Below, piece by piece: positions 13,494-27,417 of a stretch of DNA of 64,000 bases. The stretch lies in the NCBI GenBank assembly GCA_964016885.1, contig OZ024740.1:297228001-297292000 (forward strand). Direction: 5' to 3'. The notes beneath the pieces were generated by a model. It searched no databases, was not told where the DNA came from, and was given only the letters and a program-made list of their open reading frames with translations. The DNA is from Eledone cirrhosa (lineage: Eukaryota). How positions within the stretch are numbered: the first letter of the stretch is position 1; every line of letters starts with the position of its first letter. Made by a program: the position numbers and the translations under genes.

Positions 13494-13800
13494 CACTAAC
13501 CATGACACACCATAATAATAACCACAGCTGCCCCGTATCACCATCGCCCATCTCAACGAACTTTAATTCTAATCTAACTTCACTTTATCTTATTTCATTT
13601 CATTGAATTTAACCATATGTAAGCCCGTATTTTGTATATCATGCCGCATACATAACCCACACCAAAAATCACACTAACCATGACACACCATATTAATAAC
13701 CACCTATACCCCGTCTCAACATCGCCCACCTCAATGAACTTATTGTATTTACTCCATGTTACCATCTCTAAGCACCCATTTGTATATCATGCCGCACACA
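13494..13800 (+). repeat. ~180-bp tandem duplication in the PLE 3' UTR
   Basis: CACTAACCATGACACACCATA..CCCCGT..CATCGCCCA.CTCAA.GAACTTTA at ~13494 and ~13673. Confidence 0.8.
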
Positions 13801-14804
13801 TCACCACCACCACCACCAAAATTCACATCAACATACACACCTCATAGTTGCAGCATCGTATTAAATCGGTACCATATGATACGTTCTACCTTGCAATCCA
13901 CAATGACAAGGGACCTTGTAAATACAATGTCAACCATATCACACCATCGCCACCACCACCACACCACACATCGTCATGTGCATACCATACACGCCTACAA
14001 CCTCATCCCCCCATGTTCACTCTATCTACCCTAACTTGCAACCCCACGCTAAATTCGACCCTGTAACTGTACTGTCGCACGCACACACAACCACCGCCAC
14101 CACTAAATACATCCACATACAATCATTATCATTACATCATCAACACATATCATCCCTCTCTCCCAAATCGACTGTATTATATACCCCCCACCCCCCGTCT
14201 GCCTACCATATAACACACCGTAACCTCTGATCATGTAATCATTTTGCTGAACATATCACCCCAGCACCACCACCATCACCATGTCCACAACACACATCGC
14301 CGTACGTCCATAAACGCTTTTCCCCCGCGTTCCCTATGTTACCTTTTAACCGGTATTCGATCCGGTATGTATATTTAGTCCCTCACAACTCCACCACCAC
14401 CACCACAAAACACAACTCCATACTTCATCAACACCGACAAAACATACCTCCACTCCCCAACCAACAATAGTGTGTGTGTCTGTGTGTAAGCATTTTACTC
14501 ATACGGGCGTCTTAAGTGTGTGTGCGTGTACGCACATTTATCTCTATGTGTGTGTGTGTGTATGTGAACACATGTGTATGCATATGTATATGTGTGTGTA
14601 TATAATATCTGTATATATATATATGTGTGTATGTCTATGCATATGTGTATGTGTGTGTATATATGTATGTGTATGTATGTGTGTGTATGTGTACGTCTGC
14701 ATATATGTATATGGGTAAATCTGACTGTATGTGTAGGTGAGCTCATATTTGTGGATGTATGTGTATATGTGCGTGTATGTGTGTGTTGTCGGTACATGTG
14801 TGTG

Positions 14805-14835
<31 letters not shown>

Positions 14836-15661
14836 GTGAGAGTATACGTGTGTGCGAGTGTGTATGTGTATATCTTGCCTACATAAGTGTGAATCCATGT
14901 GCCCATACCCATGTGTATGTATGTGTATGTATATATGTAAAACACCTTCTACATCGACTCTCACCTTCTCTGTCGTTCCCCCATCTCTTCCCCCATCTCT
15001 GTCGTTCGCCACCCCCACCGATACTCCCCCACTCTCCATATTCGTATCCGCATGCGCGCATGCACATACATGTGTGTACATATACATATGGCTGTGTGTG
15101 AGCGTATGCCGATATGTGTGGACAAGGATGTGCGTATGTGTTTTATGTTGTGTGTGTTTATACAACAATATATGTGCACATATATACATATATGTGTGTA
15201 CGTATACGTATATACAAGGTATCTGTCAGACGAGGAGCGTCTAACTATGTATCTATGTAAGGACCTGACGCCACCAATACATCCACCACACCACCACAAA
15301 CGCCGCTCCCATAGACAAAGGCACCACTACCACACCCCCACCTACACGCCAACCCGTCTACTGACAATCCACTAACCTCATACCACAGCCTATCCCACTA
15401 AATAACCTTAACCACCACCATATCATCACATCCACCCCCACATACTCTACACGCCAAGGCCAACCCACCACCACCACACCACAGCCCACCTCATCCACAG
15501 ACCGTCACCAACATCTCACCATCACACCCACCCCCATATACACTACAGGCCAGTACATCGCCTTGATCCGTCTCACCAATCAAAACATCTCATTTTGTCA
15601 AACTCTTGAAACTCTGACTTTACCACATAGCATGTATTTCATTTTCTTATAGCATTTTAGA

Positions 15662-15748
15662 GGGTCCGTCGAGCTGCCGATTATTGAGTCGGGTAGGATC
15701 GATATAGATCGAACCTTGAGCTGATCAGTGGCGAAACGCGCGTCACCT
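15662..15748 (+). ncRNA. Degenerate hammerhead with multibranched stem II
   Basis: GGGT-CCGTCGA-GCTGC...GTGGC-GAAA-CGCGCG-TC-ACCT; two mismatches to the CTGANGA core. Confidence 0.55.
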
Positions 15749-17304
15749 ATCAATAAATGCAATGAAGGAATAATCAATCGTCCTTTTTATCCTTTCTATA
15801 TATACACATATATATATCAGTTTGTTCTGGTGGAGTATAGTTCCCACAGATCAAGCAGCATCTTTAGACATTTATATTCTTATCTTCTGTGTGAATTTGT
15901 TGTTGTTGGCGTGGCTACAATACGCATATTTATCTCAAAATTGTGATTAACAAATTTGAACTATAAAGCAGTTGTTGCTAATCAGAAACAAAGGACAATA
16001 TGTGTTATACTAGAGTAATGGAATCTACAGAAACAGTTTGGAACTCAATGAGTTAATTTATGGTTTCTGCTATTCTGCGTTGGACTGAGGGAACGGTTGA
16101 TTCCTCACATTTTCAAAATCTTCATCATAATTTGTCATTGTAATCAACAAAAATATAGAATTCCTTTTTTTACTCTTTGTGTTCTTACTACCATTTTGCG
16201 GAAAAAATAGAAATGAATGAATGAATGAATTACTGCTTAAAAGGTGATGCAAGTAATTCGAAGGCAGAGTCTTCGGTGATGCGATTTTTCTTGTTACAAT
16301 ATTGTGTCGAAAGTTCAAATTTAACCAAGATTAACGTTGCATTATATGTATCGAGGTTCAAACAGGACGGAAATTGAGGACAGTAGAGGTCATGGATGTT
16401 GCACAGTCGTGGCAAAGGATCAAAGTTCTAGTGTGCACATTACCTCATAGATGGGATGCTTGGGTAACAATCCAACTACTCGTTATTATAAGACGCAGGC
16501 GAAGTTTGGAGATTATTGGTGTTGAGCGAGGTGCAAGTATGGTTCAAGTAGGAGTGAACTAGCTGTATAGTTAGATACGGGAGTAGAGAGCTGCTTGCAA
16601 TGATCCGCCATGCTTATCCACCTCGTTCTACTGAGGAGAAATGAAATCGTCAGTTTTCCTTCTGTATCGGTAAAAAGGAACCTTAGAGCTTAACCTCGGC
16701 AGCTTTCCAAAAGTCCTGAAGGAATAGGAGCCACCACTGTTACCCTGAGAAGATTCTGAAGACAACAGCGGGCATTATCTATAGTGGAAATAATAACTCG
16801 CAGAAGGAGGGCACTATGTCAAAATTGTAGAGAAGATAATATCAACCGCCAGAATCTCCCTATCTAGACCTACTGGCAACACCATGAGACGATCTGGGGA
16901 AGCTATCAAAGTTCGCGGAAACTATCGCTACAATATCCCTAAAGCCTGACATGATGTTGAATCCAGAAACTTCCTAGAAAATAGTTGATAGGAAGGCTAC
17001 ACTGAGGAGGCTAATGTGAAGAGGAATGTGAATACGGATGGACCTCCATCTGTTTCGACGATTAGTATTCCAGTTGTTCGCTCAATGAGATAATGTGCTT
17101 ATAAAATTTACGCGTAAGTAGCTGTCCATTCCACAGACATATGTACCCTTTGGAAGACTCAGCGTGGTACAGTATGTGACAAGGCTATTTTTTTAAGTAA
17201 AAGCACTGTCCTTCCGACGAGATTCCAAACATTTCCGTATATCCAATTACATTCACGAAGTACGGGTCGACCTAAGACTATATGAAATAACACCTGCCAT
17301 AAGG

Positions 17305-19985
17305 CCTCCTCATTCCTGTTGGTGGAACCCCTCCCTGGCTGAGCCCCACCGCTTCCTATCTCTTGCCATATTGGGCCATGCGGGACCGAATTATCGGGTT
17401 ATATAACCGCACCATCTGGCCTTTGGCCGCCGTCCGGGTTTTCTCCACTGTCTTGGTCTCCATTTTGTCGCTCTAATATTTCATCTGTTGTCTCTGAAAT
17501 GAGAGACGTGGCCAGCCCATCTATGTTTGTCCTTCTTGGTGGTATCGTTTATATTATGTCCTTCACGCCAGCCTGCTGTCGAATCCATGTGTTCCTCTTC
17601 CTGTCACTGTGATACCGAGCATGATTCGCTCCATTTACGTTGGACTACTGCAAGAATCTCTGTGGTGGTGCTGTTGAGTGCTCATGTCTCACTTCTATGT
17701 CATCACCCGCAGAACATATTCGTTAAACAGCTTTCTTTTGGTTTCGATGGTTGACTATTGATGTTATAAACTTTTCCAAAATCTGCTCAGCCAAGCACAA
17801 TCCTTCTTTTGAGCCCCGGAAGTAGGGCACCATCTTTTGCAACCGTCTTTCCCGGGTAGACATAGTTGTTTACTTCCTCGATGGACTTTCCATCCACAGT
17901 AACTAGTGATGGTTTAACGTGTCTGTTAAACATGACTTTGGTTTTCCCAAGATGGATGTTAAGGCCGTGAATAGTGGGGTGAACTCAATGGAGTCAATGC
18001 CTTTTCATAGTCGATGAAAGCAAAGTAGAGAGGGAAGTTTCATCCGTTTGCCTTTTCTTGTAGTTGACTAACTACCCGGATGTGGTGTATTGTTGAGAAT
18101 CCTAACTTGAATCCTGTTTGCTCTTTTGTTTGGAGCAGTTCTAATGTACCAAGCATCCTCCTGAGTTGGATGTGTGAAAACACATCGAGGCTGATCAGGC
18201 AGTAGTTTGTGAGGTCTGCTTTATCCTCTTTCTTGTGGATTAGGACTATTACAGCAGTCAGAAACACAGCCTTCTTCTAAACAAGCTGTTGAAGAGTTTA
18301 TTGAGTACCATGACAATGGACTTTCCACCATCCTGGAGTATACCCCCAGTCTTTGCTTGGGGCCTTTGTCTCTCTTTAATCGTTTAATGCTCACTCCTGT
18401 CTCTTATAGAATGATAGGAGGAGGCCGTGTAAATGTTGTTCAGGTTTTGTTACTGGAGAATAGTTTGTCCTAGTGCTGTCTCGTGTTGTACAATTTGCTG
18501 TAGAATTCTTCTCACCGTTTTATAAGCCTGCTAAGGTCAGCCATTCTCTCCTAACAACGTGATGATGTTATCTTTACCTAGGCACTTCCTTTTGATTGTA
18601 TTTAGACTTTTATTCTCTTCCAGGGCTTTGAGCTTCTGCTCCTCGTCTTATCATCTGATGTCTTCCTACATGTGGCGTCTTGTAGCCATGCAGAATTCAG
18701 AGTACTCAGCATTTGGGGTGTTTGTACCGCCTCTCTTCATTTGTCGTCTCTTTTCTCTTAGTTGCTTGGTTTCCTTTGAAAACTTGTCCTCTTTAGGTGG
18801 CTTTCCACATCCGTCGATCGTTACTGTTGTCTCCATTATGCTGGTGGTCATGCTGCTTGTATAGGAGCCTATGTCTACTTCTGAATAGTGTTGCTCAGGT
18901 ACCTCGAACTTATTGTTCAGTAGTAACTGGAATTCTGCATCCCTGCCATATAGTACGATGAGGTTCGGTTTATTTAGGTGTTTGGCGAGTCTAGCCCTCT
19001 CCAGCTTCGTGTTGATGGTCAAAGAAGTGCACAGTAGCCGATGGTCTCTACCCAAATTGAGATTATTGATGACTGAGACATCAGCGAAGGGCTGGTGCTT
19101 GTCTGTCAGGATGTAGTCAATTTAATTCTTAGTGCTTCCCTTGGGTGATAACCATGTCCATCGTCTGTTGATCATAATTTTTAGTTTCCAGAATTCACAA
19201 ATTGACAAGAATGTCTCCTCAGTCTTTCCTGACACCGGAGCGAAAGTCATGTGCGCTCACTTTTCTTGGTCCACCTTTCCCAACCTTTGCATTAAAATCT
19301 CCCATGATGTTAAAAAGGGTCCTGCTGCTATTCGGGAGGCTGTCAATGTCTTCGTAAAGCTTTCCACCTTCTCGTCTGGGTAGCTAGTTTTTGGTAAATA
19401 AAATTGATGATGTTCAGTGCTGTTGATCTTGAAGGTAGTTGCGCCACTCTATTACATAGGCTCTTGAAACTGGCGATGTTCCCAATGTACTTGTGGATGA
19501 TAAAACCAACACTTCTGTTTATTGTGTCATCGCCTCAGTAGAGTGCAGTCGCCGTCACGTAGTGTAATGTAACCTTCACCCTTTCTTCTCATCTCACTAA
19601 TTCCTATGATATCGGAATTGATCATAGAAACTTCTTTTCTAGTTCTGTAATGTGGTGATCTGATGTGAGTGTCCTTGCGTTGTACGTCCCGACTTCCATA
19701 TTCCAGAGGCAGCCTGTCCGAACCCAGTGATTCTTAACACCCTCGGCTCCTTCATCCTTCCTACCACTGTCTTGGGTGGTGATTCTGGAGCTGCTGGGGA
19801 CTAAGGGCCGTTTCAGCCTAGCTTCGATTATACCTTCAGTTATGTAGCCATACTCTGGTGAGGCTATTTAACCTATAGTTGGGTAGGTGGGGGATAGCCG
19901 TTGACTCTGAGGAGTTCATCCGCCCTTTTTTGTATCTCTTATTCTTTTATCTGCTGGAGTAACATTTACCCTTCTCACCAGACCT
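17305..19985 (-). mobile_element. Decayed near-full-length RTE-clade LINE (APE plus RT)
   Basis: Minus strand GTYNARTL start (~19690), DHRL, IVLIHKKEDKADLTNYCLISL, EQTGF..GFSTIHHI and WAGHV-like motifs; many stops. Confidence 0.8.
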
Positions 19986-20177
19986 AGGTCTAGTGGGGAA
20001 ACCAGTTGAGTCGCTGACGATTCGACCGTGGAGCAGGTTGTACTGGGTACATGGTACCAGTAGCAGACAGAAGCCTTACATGACCTATTATATATGTAAA
20101 TCTGTTAATTTTTTTACATTTTGGCACATACAAAAACTCGAATATTTTTGCTATTATCTTTCTCTATGTCATGTGTA

Positions 20178-20244
<67 letters not shown>

Positions 20245-20475
20245 AAGAGAGAGCAAATGAGAGAAAATGAGAAAAAGGTAGAAAAAGTAACAGAGGATTT
20301 CTCCCCTCACTCTCACACGCATTCTCTCTCTCTCTCCGTCTCTTTCTCTACTATCACTTCTTTTCTCTTTCTCTTTCGGTTCGTTTTTCTTCTCTTCTAT
20401 TTAATGATAATCTTCTCACATTTATCCCTTACATGTATGTAGAAAAGTACCCACAATTACACCTCCCTATATGCA

Positions 20476-20580
<105 letters not shown>

Positions 20581-21147
20581 GCGCACACATACACACACAC
20601 ACGCGCGCATAGATGTACAAGTTTCATTTATACAACTCATGAATAGCTCTCTTTGTATTTCATTATATATATATATATGTATTTATCTATACGAGTATAT
20701 ATATATATATAATTATTTGTCTATCTGTCTGTTTCCTTATGCATTCTCAAACAGTTCGGCCAAATCAAAGCAAATTTTACAAGATAATAGTATGAGACCC
20801 CGGGATTAACAACAGGTAATTTTTATTTCCATTTGGATTTAAAACAATATGGCATTTTATCTAAAATAATCTTTCTCTAGTTAACTATACTACAACGGCG
20901 TTACATTTTGTATATGGGTGTGTGTGGTTACACGTTCGTTACGTACGTTAGGCCTTAGTAAGTTACATACGCATACATCTTCACGTAAATATTTAATTAT
21001 ATATACAGAGAATTAAACACACACACACACACACACATCTTCATATGTGATGACTGACAAGTATATGCGTGTGCGTGTGTGTGAGAGTGTATGTGTGTGT
21101 GAGCATACATACATTTCTGTGACGACTGACATAACAAAGGTAGGGGG

Positions 21148-21405
21148 TTGAAACTGTGTGTATTTGTATGAATGTATGTCTTTGTGTGGTTTTGTAAGTC
21201 TGTGTGTGTGTGTATGTGTGTCTGTTCGTGGGTGAAACTGTGTGTGTTTGTATGAATGTATGTCTGTGTTTGTGTTTTTATAATTTTTATGTGAGTGTAT
21301 GTGTGTCTGTTCGTGGATGAAACGCTGTATGTGTTTGTATGAATGTATGTCTGTGTATGTTTTTTATAAGGGTATGTTTGTGTGAGTGCATGTGTGTCTG
21401 TTTGT
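21148..21405. repeat. ~85-bp GT-rich minisatellite, three units
   Basis: TGAAACTGTGTGT.TTTGTATGAATGTATGTCT...TGTGTGTCTGTT recurs at ~21148, 21232 and 21318. Confidence 0.8.
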
Positions 21406-21461
21406 TAAATTAGCAGTTAATACATTTGCTTATATATGGTTAATTTACACTGCATACAAAA

Positions 21462-21620
21462 ATAATTGTTTCTACTTTTGGCACAAGGCCAGTAATTACC
21501 CAGTACATTACTGGTACTTTACTTTATCGACCCCGTAAGGATGAAAGGCAAAGTTAACCTCGACGGGATTTGAACTCAGAATGGCAAGGGCCGTAACTCT
21601 ATACGTCAAAGCATGCCGAT
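21462..21620 (-). mobile_element. tRNA-derived SINE (family 1)
   Basis: Matches 3978-4165 including the B-box and 3' tail. Confidence 0.85.
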
Positions 21621-22254
21621 CCACCTAACACATATTTCTTTTGGATGTTGATACTTATTTGTTTGCAATATTGAAAAGAAAATGACTTTATTCCAAAAAT
21701 TCCTCTCATACCTACAGCTGTTCCATTTGAATTTAAGAGGCTTCAGTTTCTAGTGAAACTAAGTTTTGTTATTTCAAAAACTCAAAGTAGTCCATAGGAT
21801 CTTTTTTGGAAGTACAATTAATCAATATTGTACATTAAATGATGAAATAGCTTCCCTATCAAAAAAGCAACCGTTTCTTTCGCAAGTCTTGAGGTATGTC
21901 TTTAGAATCGGAAGAGAATTAAAAAGAAATAAAAATTGCAGTATAGAATGCTGTGAGAACTGGGTTGTCAAACACAGGTACATTAAACTCCGATTTCACG
22001 AGAGTTGCATATGTGACAATCTTGAGGTTCACTGGAGTTCTATAGAAAATGACACTTACTCAGGACTAGGGACCCAATAACTGCGAAGCGAACTTCTTAA
22101 CTATTCGCCTATGCTGCCTCTGATATCACCATTAATATTAACAACAACACAATCATCTTGAAGATTCACTAATAACTATCACTATCACCAACATCCAACA
22201 TCACCATTATCATCATCAAATGTACAACCACCAATAACAACGAAATCAATGGTC

Positions 22255-23000
22255 TGTTACCACAGATGTTTCTATATAGTTGCTCAACCTACTAAAAATA
22301 ATAGCCAAATCGTTATCACATTACTTCCTGCGAATGGAAACTTATTAGATACGCCTAAAATGACAGAATGATTATGGTTGACCCGGAGCTAAGAAACAAC
22401 CAAGTCAATCAACAAGAAACAACAGCCTATTCTACCTAAATTACATTTTAACGTCTTTAAAAAAAGAACACTTAGGATCATAAAATCCTAAATATACTGT
22501 CGAAACACAAAAGAAAGGATGGGTACATTTGAAATATCCTTTCACTATAGATTTGTTCGCTTAAAGTTGAACTGGAATTAAACAACAAAAACAGAGTTAG
22601 CCTCTTTGTAATTGCTTGAGCTACCTAAAATAGCAGCCTCGTGCCCCTGAAATGGGGGGGGGGGGGGGTGACATATTAGAAAATGTGGTCCTGAATGCAC
22701 TATCTCTGAAAACGAGAAAGGATTTTCCAGGCTGGAATTTCTCTAATCATAAATATACTCGATCAGATCAGACTTAGAGCAAAACAGTAACAATACATCT
22801 AAGAACGAGTCAATGGGGGAGCCTTTACGTGGTCGCTTGGTCTGCTAGAAACAACAGCCAAAGCTCACTAAAATTACAACATTTCTTAGAGCGTTAATTA
22901 GGAAGTGTAAGATATAGTATGGGAATAAAAGATATAATAATAGTAGCTAAAAACCCTTTGATAAAACGGCCTGGTGGATCAGAGCTGACCTTAATCTATA
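22255..23000 (+). repeat. Degenerate tandem array of ~170-200-bp units
   Basis: Recurring (G)TTGCT...CT.CTA.AAA.A.CAGCCAAA motif at ~22277, 22610 and 22830; related sequence at position 1-40. Confidence 0.45.
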
Positions 23001-23804
23001 CAAAAATAAAACACAACACGACCAAATGGTTAACTTCGCTTTACAATAGAACTCTATCTGGGTTTGATCTTACTGTATGGCATTTTGAGTGTGTTTAACT
23101 TTAGCCATTGGAATGACTATACCTGTAATTCAAGGGGCTATTCATGACACATACTCTGTCACACTGAATTTCGCTAAGAATTATGTTACCGGTACATGCC
23201 AGCCTGGCAAAAAAAAGAATACGAAAACATGAGCACGTAGTAATATGGGATCAATAAACCTACTCAATATGTGCACTGTGTCAGACAACAGCCAGATCTT
23301 CCTCGAATCGTCTTAAAGAAACAGCTCGAGATAATTTTTTCATTGTTCACTAGGGCCGAAACACAAAAGAAAATACAAATTGTCAAAGACAGTAAGGATT
23401 GACATATAATCAAACGTATAAAGAAAGAAATTAGGTAACGAAGTAACAATAACATAAAAAAACAGACTTTCCCCAATTGTGACAAACACCTCCACCAAGG
23501 TTAATTTAGAAACCCCACATATTCGAAACCACCTTAATTACTAAGAGCATCACAGGTACGCGGCCCTCTCCTCTCTGAACACTCCACTCTACGGGTACCT
23601 GCTCAGAGTAGGCCCATTCATTCGGACCATCCTCGCTACATTCACTCTCTCCACCCTCATCTTCTTTTCCAAGTGGAACTTTAAAAAGTTGATGAGGGCT
23701 TGACGGAAGAAGCAAGAGACCCATTAGATAATGTAGTCCTAACCGTAAAATCTAGAGGTGGGCAAGGCTGGAAAATTTGGGGTAATAGGTCTGGATATAT
23801 TTAT

Positions 23805-24397
23805 TTACTAAACGGCGATATAATCAAGCAAGTTGACGACTTCAAATACCTGATGAGCTATATCGCCTCCACAGAACATGATGTGAACATCAGACCTGGA
23901 AAAGCCTGGGGAACATTGAATGCAATGGAAAAGATATGGAAATCAAACCTGCCGGCCAAACTGAAAAGGAATTTCTTCAGAGCTGCTGTGGAGTCTGTGG
24001 TTGTTTATGGCTCTATCACTTGTGGCTCTATCACACGTCAAAACTGGAGAAAAAGCTAGACGTATACTCCGCGCTGCTTTAAACGTGTCTTGGAGGGAAC
24101 ACCCAACAAATAAGGATCTCTATGGCAATATACCACCTATCAGCAGGTCAATACGTAAACAGAGACTCAGATTTGCTGGCCACTGTTGGCGCAGCAAAGA
24201 AGAAATAGCAGGTGATGTGTTGTTATGGAGTCCATCTCATGGAGCAAGAAACGCTGGTCGTCCCAAGAGGACATATGTTAAGCAACTTGAGGACGATACT
24301 GGATGCACTGCGGAAGAACTGGCAAACGCTATGAGAGACAGAGATGGATGGAGGAAGCGTGTCGTAGATGGAGGAAGCGTGTCGACCTGATGATGAT
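23805..24397 (+). mobile_element. RTE-clade LINE 3' fragment
   Basis: [27 protein letters not shown]; LRFAGHCWR; GRPKRTY; ends in (TGA)n. Confidence 0.8.
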
Positions 24398-24749
24398 GTA
24401 GCAGATATGGGGCAGCTAACGCCCTGATGGTCAGCAGACTGATACCTGTGGTCAGAATTATGCTGACGTCGACAACCAGCAACCAATCACAGGGCGCCCG
24501 AAGTGGATGAAGTTTTTGACGGTACTGGCCCAGAGGGTCAGATACCCCAGTGAGAGAATATGCTCCGAAATCATTAGACGTGTCCGTCGAACGTGTGGGT
24601 TCAGAATCAGACAGATCCACACAATGATCGCGTCTCGAGCTGTCCGCCGGCGAAACAATTGTAACACACAATAAATTGAGTTCAGATGCATCACTGATTT
24701 TTCGTTTTCTATTCTCTCTCTCTCTCTCTCACTCTCTCTCTCTCTCTCT

Positions 24750-25010
<261 letters not shown>

Positions 25011-25163
25011 CCTGCCCTCCCAGGGATGGCGTTATCTTATGGCTAAAATAGCACGAAGTGCTGTGACCAGCGGTCCGATTGGCGCCCGACAGACTGGTCG
25101 GTCAAGGTGATCAAGGTGATATATATATATATATATATATACATATCTGTGTGTATGTGTGTT

Positions 25164-25962
<799 letters not shown>

Positions 25963-26260
25963 ACACCGTGAACTCTTTCGGCAAAACTTTCGGCCTCCAC
26001 CCGCTTTCCTGTCGCCACTGTGCCGGCCGCCTTCCACGCCATGCTGCTCCCAACGAGGTCATAAAGCATGGCTTAGACGCTGCAGACTTCGCTTCCCAGC
26101 TCGAGCCGGTGGGCTGGACCGAGGGGACGGCAAAAGGCCAGATGGCATGACCATCTTCCCGTTCAGCGTTGGGAACCCCGCGTCTGGGATGCCACTTGCA
26201 CCGACACTTTCTCCAGCTGCAACTTGGTTCAGTTTGCGACTAACCCATGTTCTGCTGCAC
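25963..26260 (+). mobile_element. CRE-clade non-LTR retrotransposon fragment (restriction-like endonuclease)
   Basis: GLHPLSC..GRLPRHAA.NEVIK..LEPVG..GDGKRPDGMTIFPF..WDATCTDT across frameshifts. Confidence 0.75.
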
Positions 26261-26345
26261 GTGATTAATCACCTCATTTACACAGACGAGAAAACTATAT
26301 ATTCTCGACTGTTTTCAAGTCCAGCAGTCGCAAGCGGTGAGAGGG

Positions 26346-26389
26346 ACCGTCCTGACGAAGGCCAGTCAAGCCTGAAATGCATAGACGGT
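26346..26389 (+). ncRNA. Intact minimal type I hammerhead ribozyme
   Basis: ACCGTC-CTGACGA-AGGC-cagtcaa-GCCT-GAAA-TGCA-TA-GACGGT; all stems perfect; palindromic stem III. Confidence 0.9.
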
Positions 26390-26498
26390 TGTCCCCCTTG
26401 ATTCTGCTGGACACCACCAGAGGGTGTTAGCCCCGGTGTTTGCATAGCTACGGTGGGTGGGAGTGGATTATAAACATCTTAAACAATCCTAAACATCC

Positions 26499-26586
26499 TA
26501 AACAATGCCTTGTCATTCTAAACAATGCCTTGTCATCCTAAACAATGCCTTGTCTTCCAAAACAAAACCTTGTCATCCTAAACAAT
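26499..26586. repeat. ~19-20-bp tandem repeat
   Basis: AAACAATGCCTTGTCATCCT repeated about four times. Confidence 0.85.
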
Positions 26587-26915
26587 ACTATAACTCCGCA
26601 CTTGAAAAGGCTGGATACAATGAGAAGATAGCTTACAACGACCAAACCAGAAGCGCGACGCCGCTAAACCCACACAGACCCTTTAGAAACGCAAATAGAC
26701 GAAGACACTCCACCTAGAATAAATACCAAGCAAAGGCCACCCTTGACCGGCAGCACAGGCAGCGATACATACAACTGCCAAGGAGATAAAGCTATACCCT
26801 CCAACTCCCGTAAGGATTCCGAATATTGCACACGACTACGTAGTAATAGATACCCTCGACTAAACGGCAATAAAATAGCAGGAACTCCCATAACAAATAC
26901 GCCTGACCAACACGC
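26580..26915 (+). mobile_element. Naiad-like PLE internal fragment
   Basis: YYNSALEKAGYNEKIAY...YNCQGDK..YCTRLR..TPDQ is homologous to 12370-12695. Confidence 0.7.
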
Positions 26916-26934
26916 ATGTATATATATATATACA

Positions 26935-27027
<93 letters not shown>

Positions 27028-27032
<5 letters not shown>

Positions 27033-27218
27033 AAAAAGTTTGACACCGACGGCAGAGCTCAAGCCGTTTCGATGGCTATTTCTGGACTCAGAAATAGCAT
27101 CGAAACGGCTTGAGCTCTGCAGTCGGAGTTATACTTTTTCCTATTTCCCTCTCTACTACCCTAAGTATTGAGTACTCTGGTGCGTTATGGTCGATCTGGT
27201 TCCTTACCACATTTCCTT

Positions 27219-27220
<2 letters not shown>
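27028..27220. repeat. ~117-bp hairpin (27028-27144) with one-sided tail in (TA)n; truncated PLE end
   Basis: TAGGAAAAAGT..GCAGAGCTCAAGCCGTTTCGATG and its inverse; tiny loop; tail contains TATTGAGTAC. Confidence 0.8.
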
Positions 27221-27282
<62 letters not shown>

Positions 27283-27296
27283 CAATTATTATTATT

Positions 27297-27400
27297 AAAA
27301 TGGCCCGAGTGAATGGGCCTGCTCTGAGAGTGTGCCTGTAAATTGAAAGAGGACACCTGCGTGGGGGCACTTGCCCTTGTGTACAGGGTAACTTTGGTTG
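27297..27400 (+). mobile_element. Tx1-like LINE 3' fragment (copy G)
   Basis: MARVNGPALRVCL* ORF2 end; inverted homolog of 55220-55322. Confidence 0.75.
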
Positions 27401-27417
27401 TTTGGTAACTTTGGTAA

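Larger units (their letters stand above)
12020..15795 (+). mobile_element. 5'-truncated Naiad-like Penelope element: RT C-terminus, GIY-YIG, long 3' UTR
   Basis: GLYRDD, NFLDVTL, YVNRHSNH, TWYNPP, CNC..CPLNGECL, YIG..FKERWYNH, CRLCLAE, CRH; ends with a hammerhead-like motif and AATAAA (15752). Confidence 0.88.

Noticed and set aside
15830-17000. Possible host exon or ancient Gypsy gag remnant
   Set aside because: Only faint motif resemblance with multiple stops in all frames; it cannot be supported without a profile search
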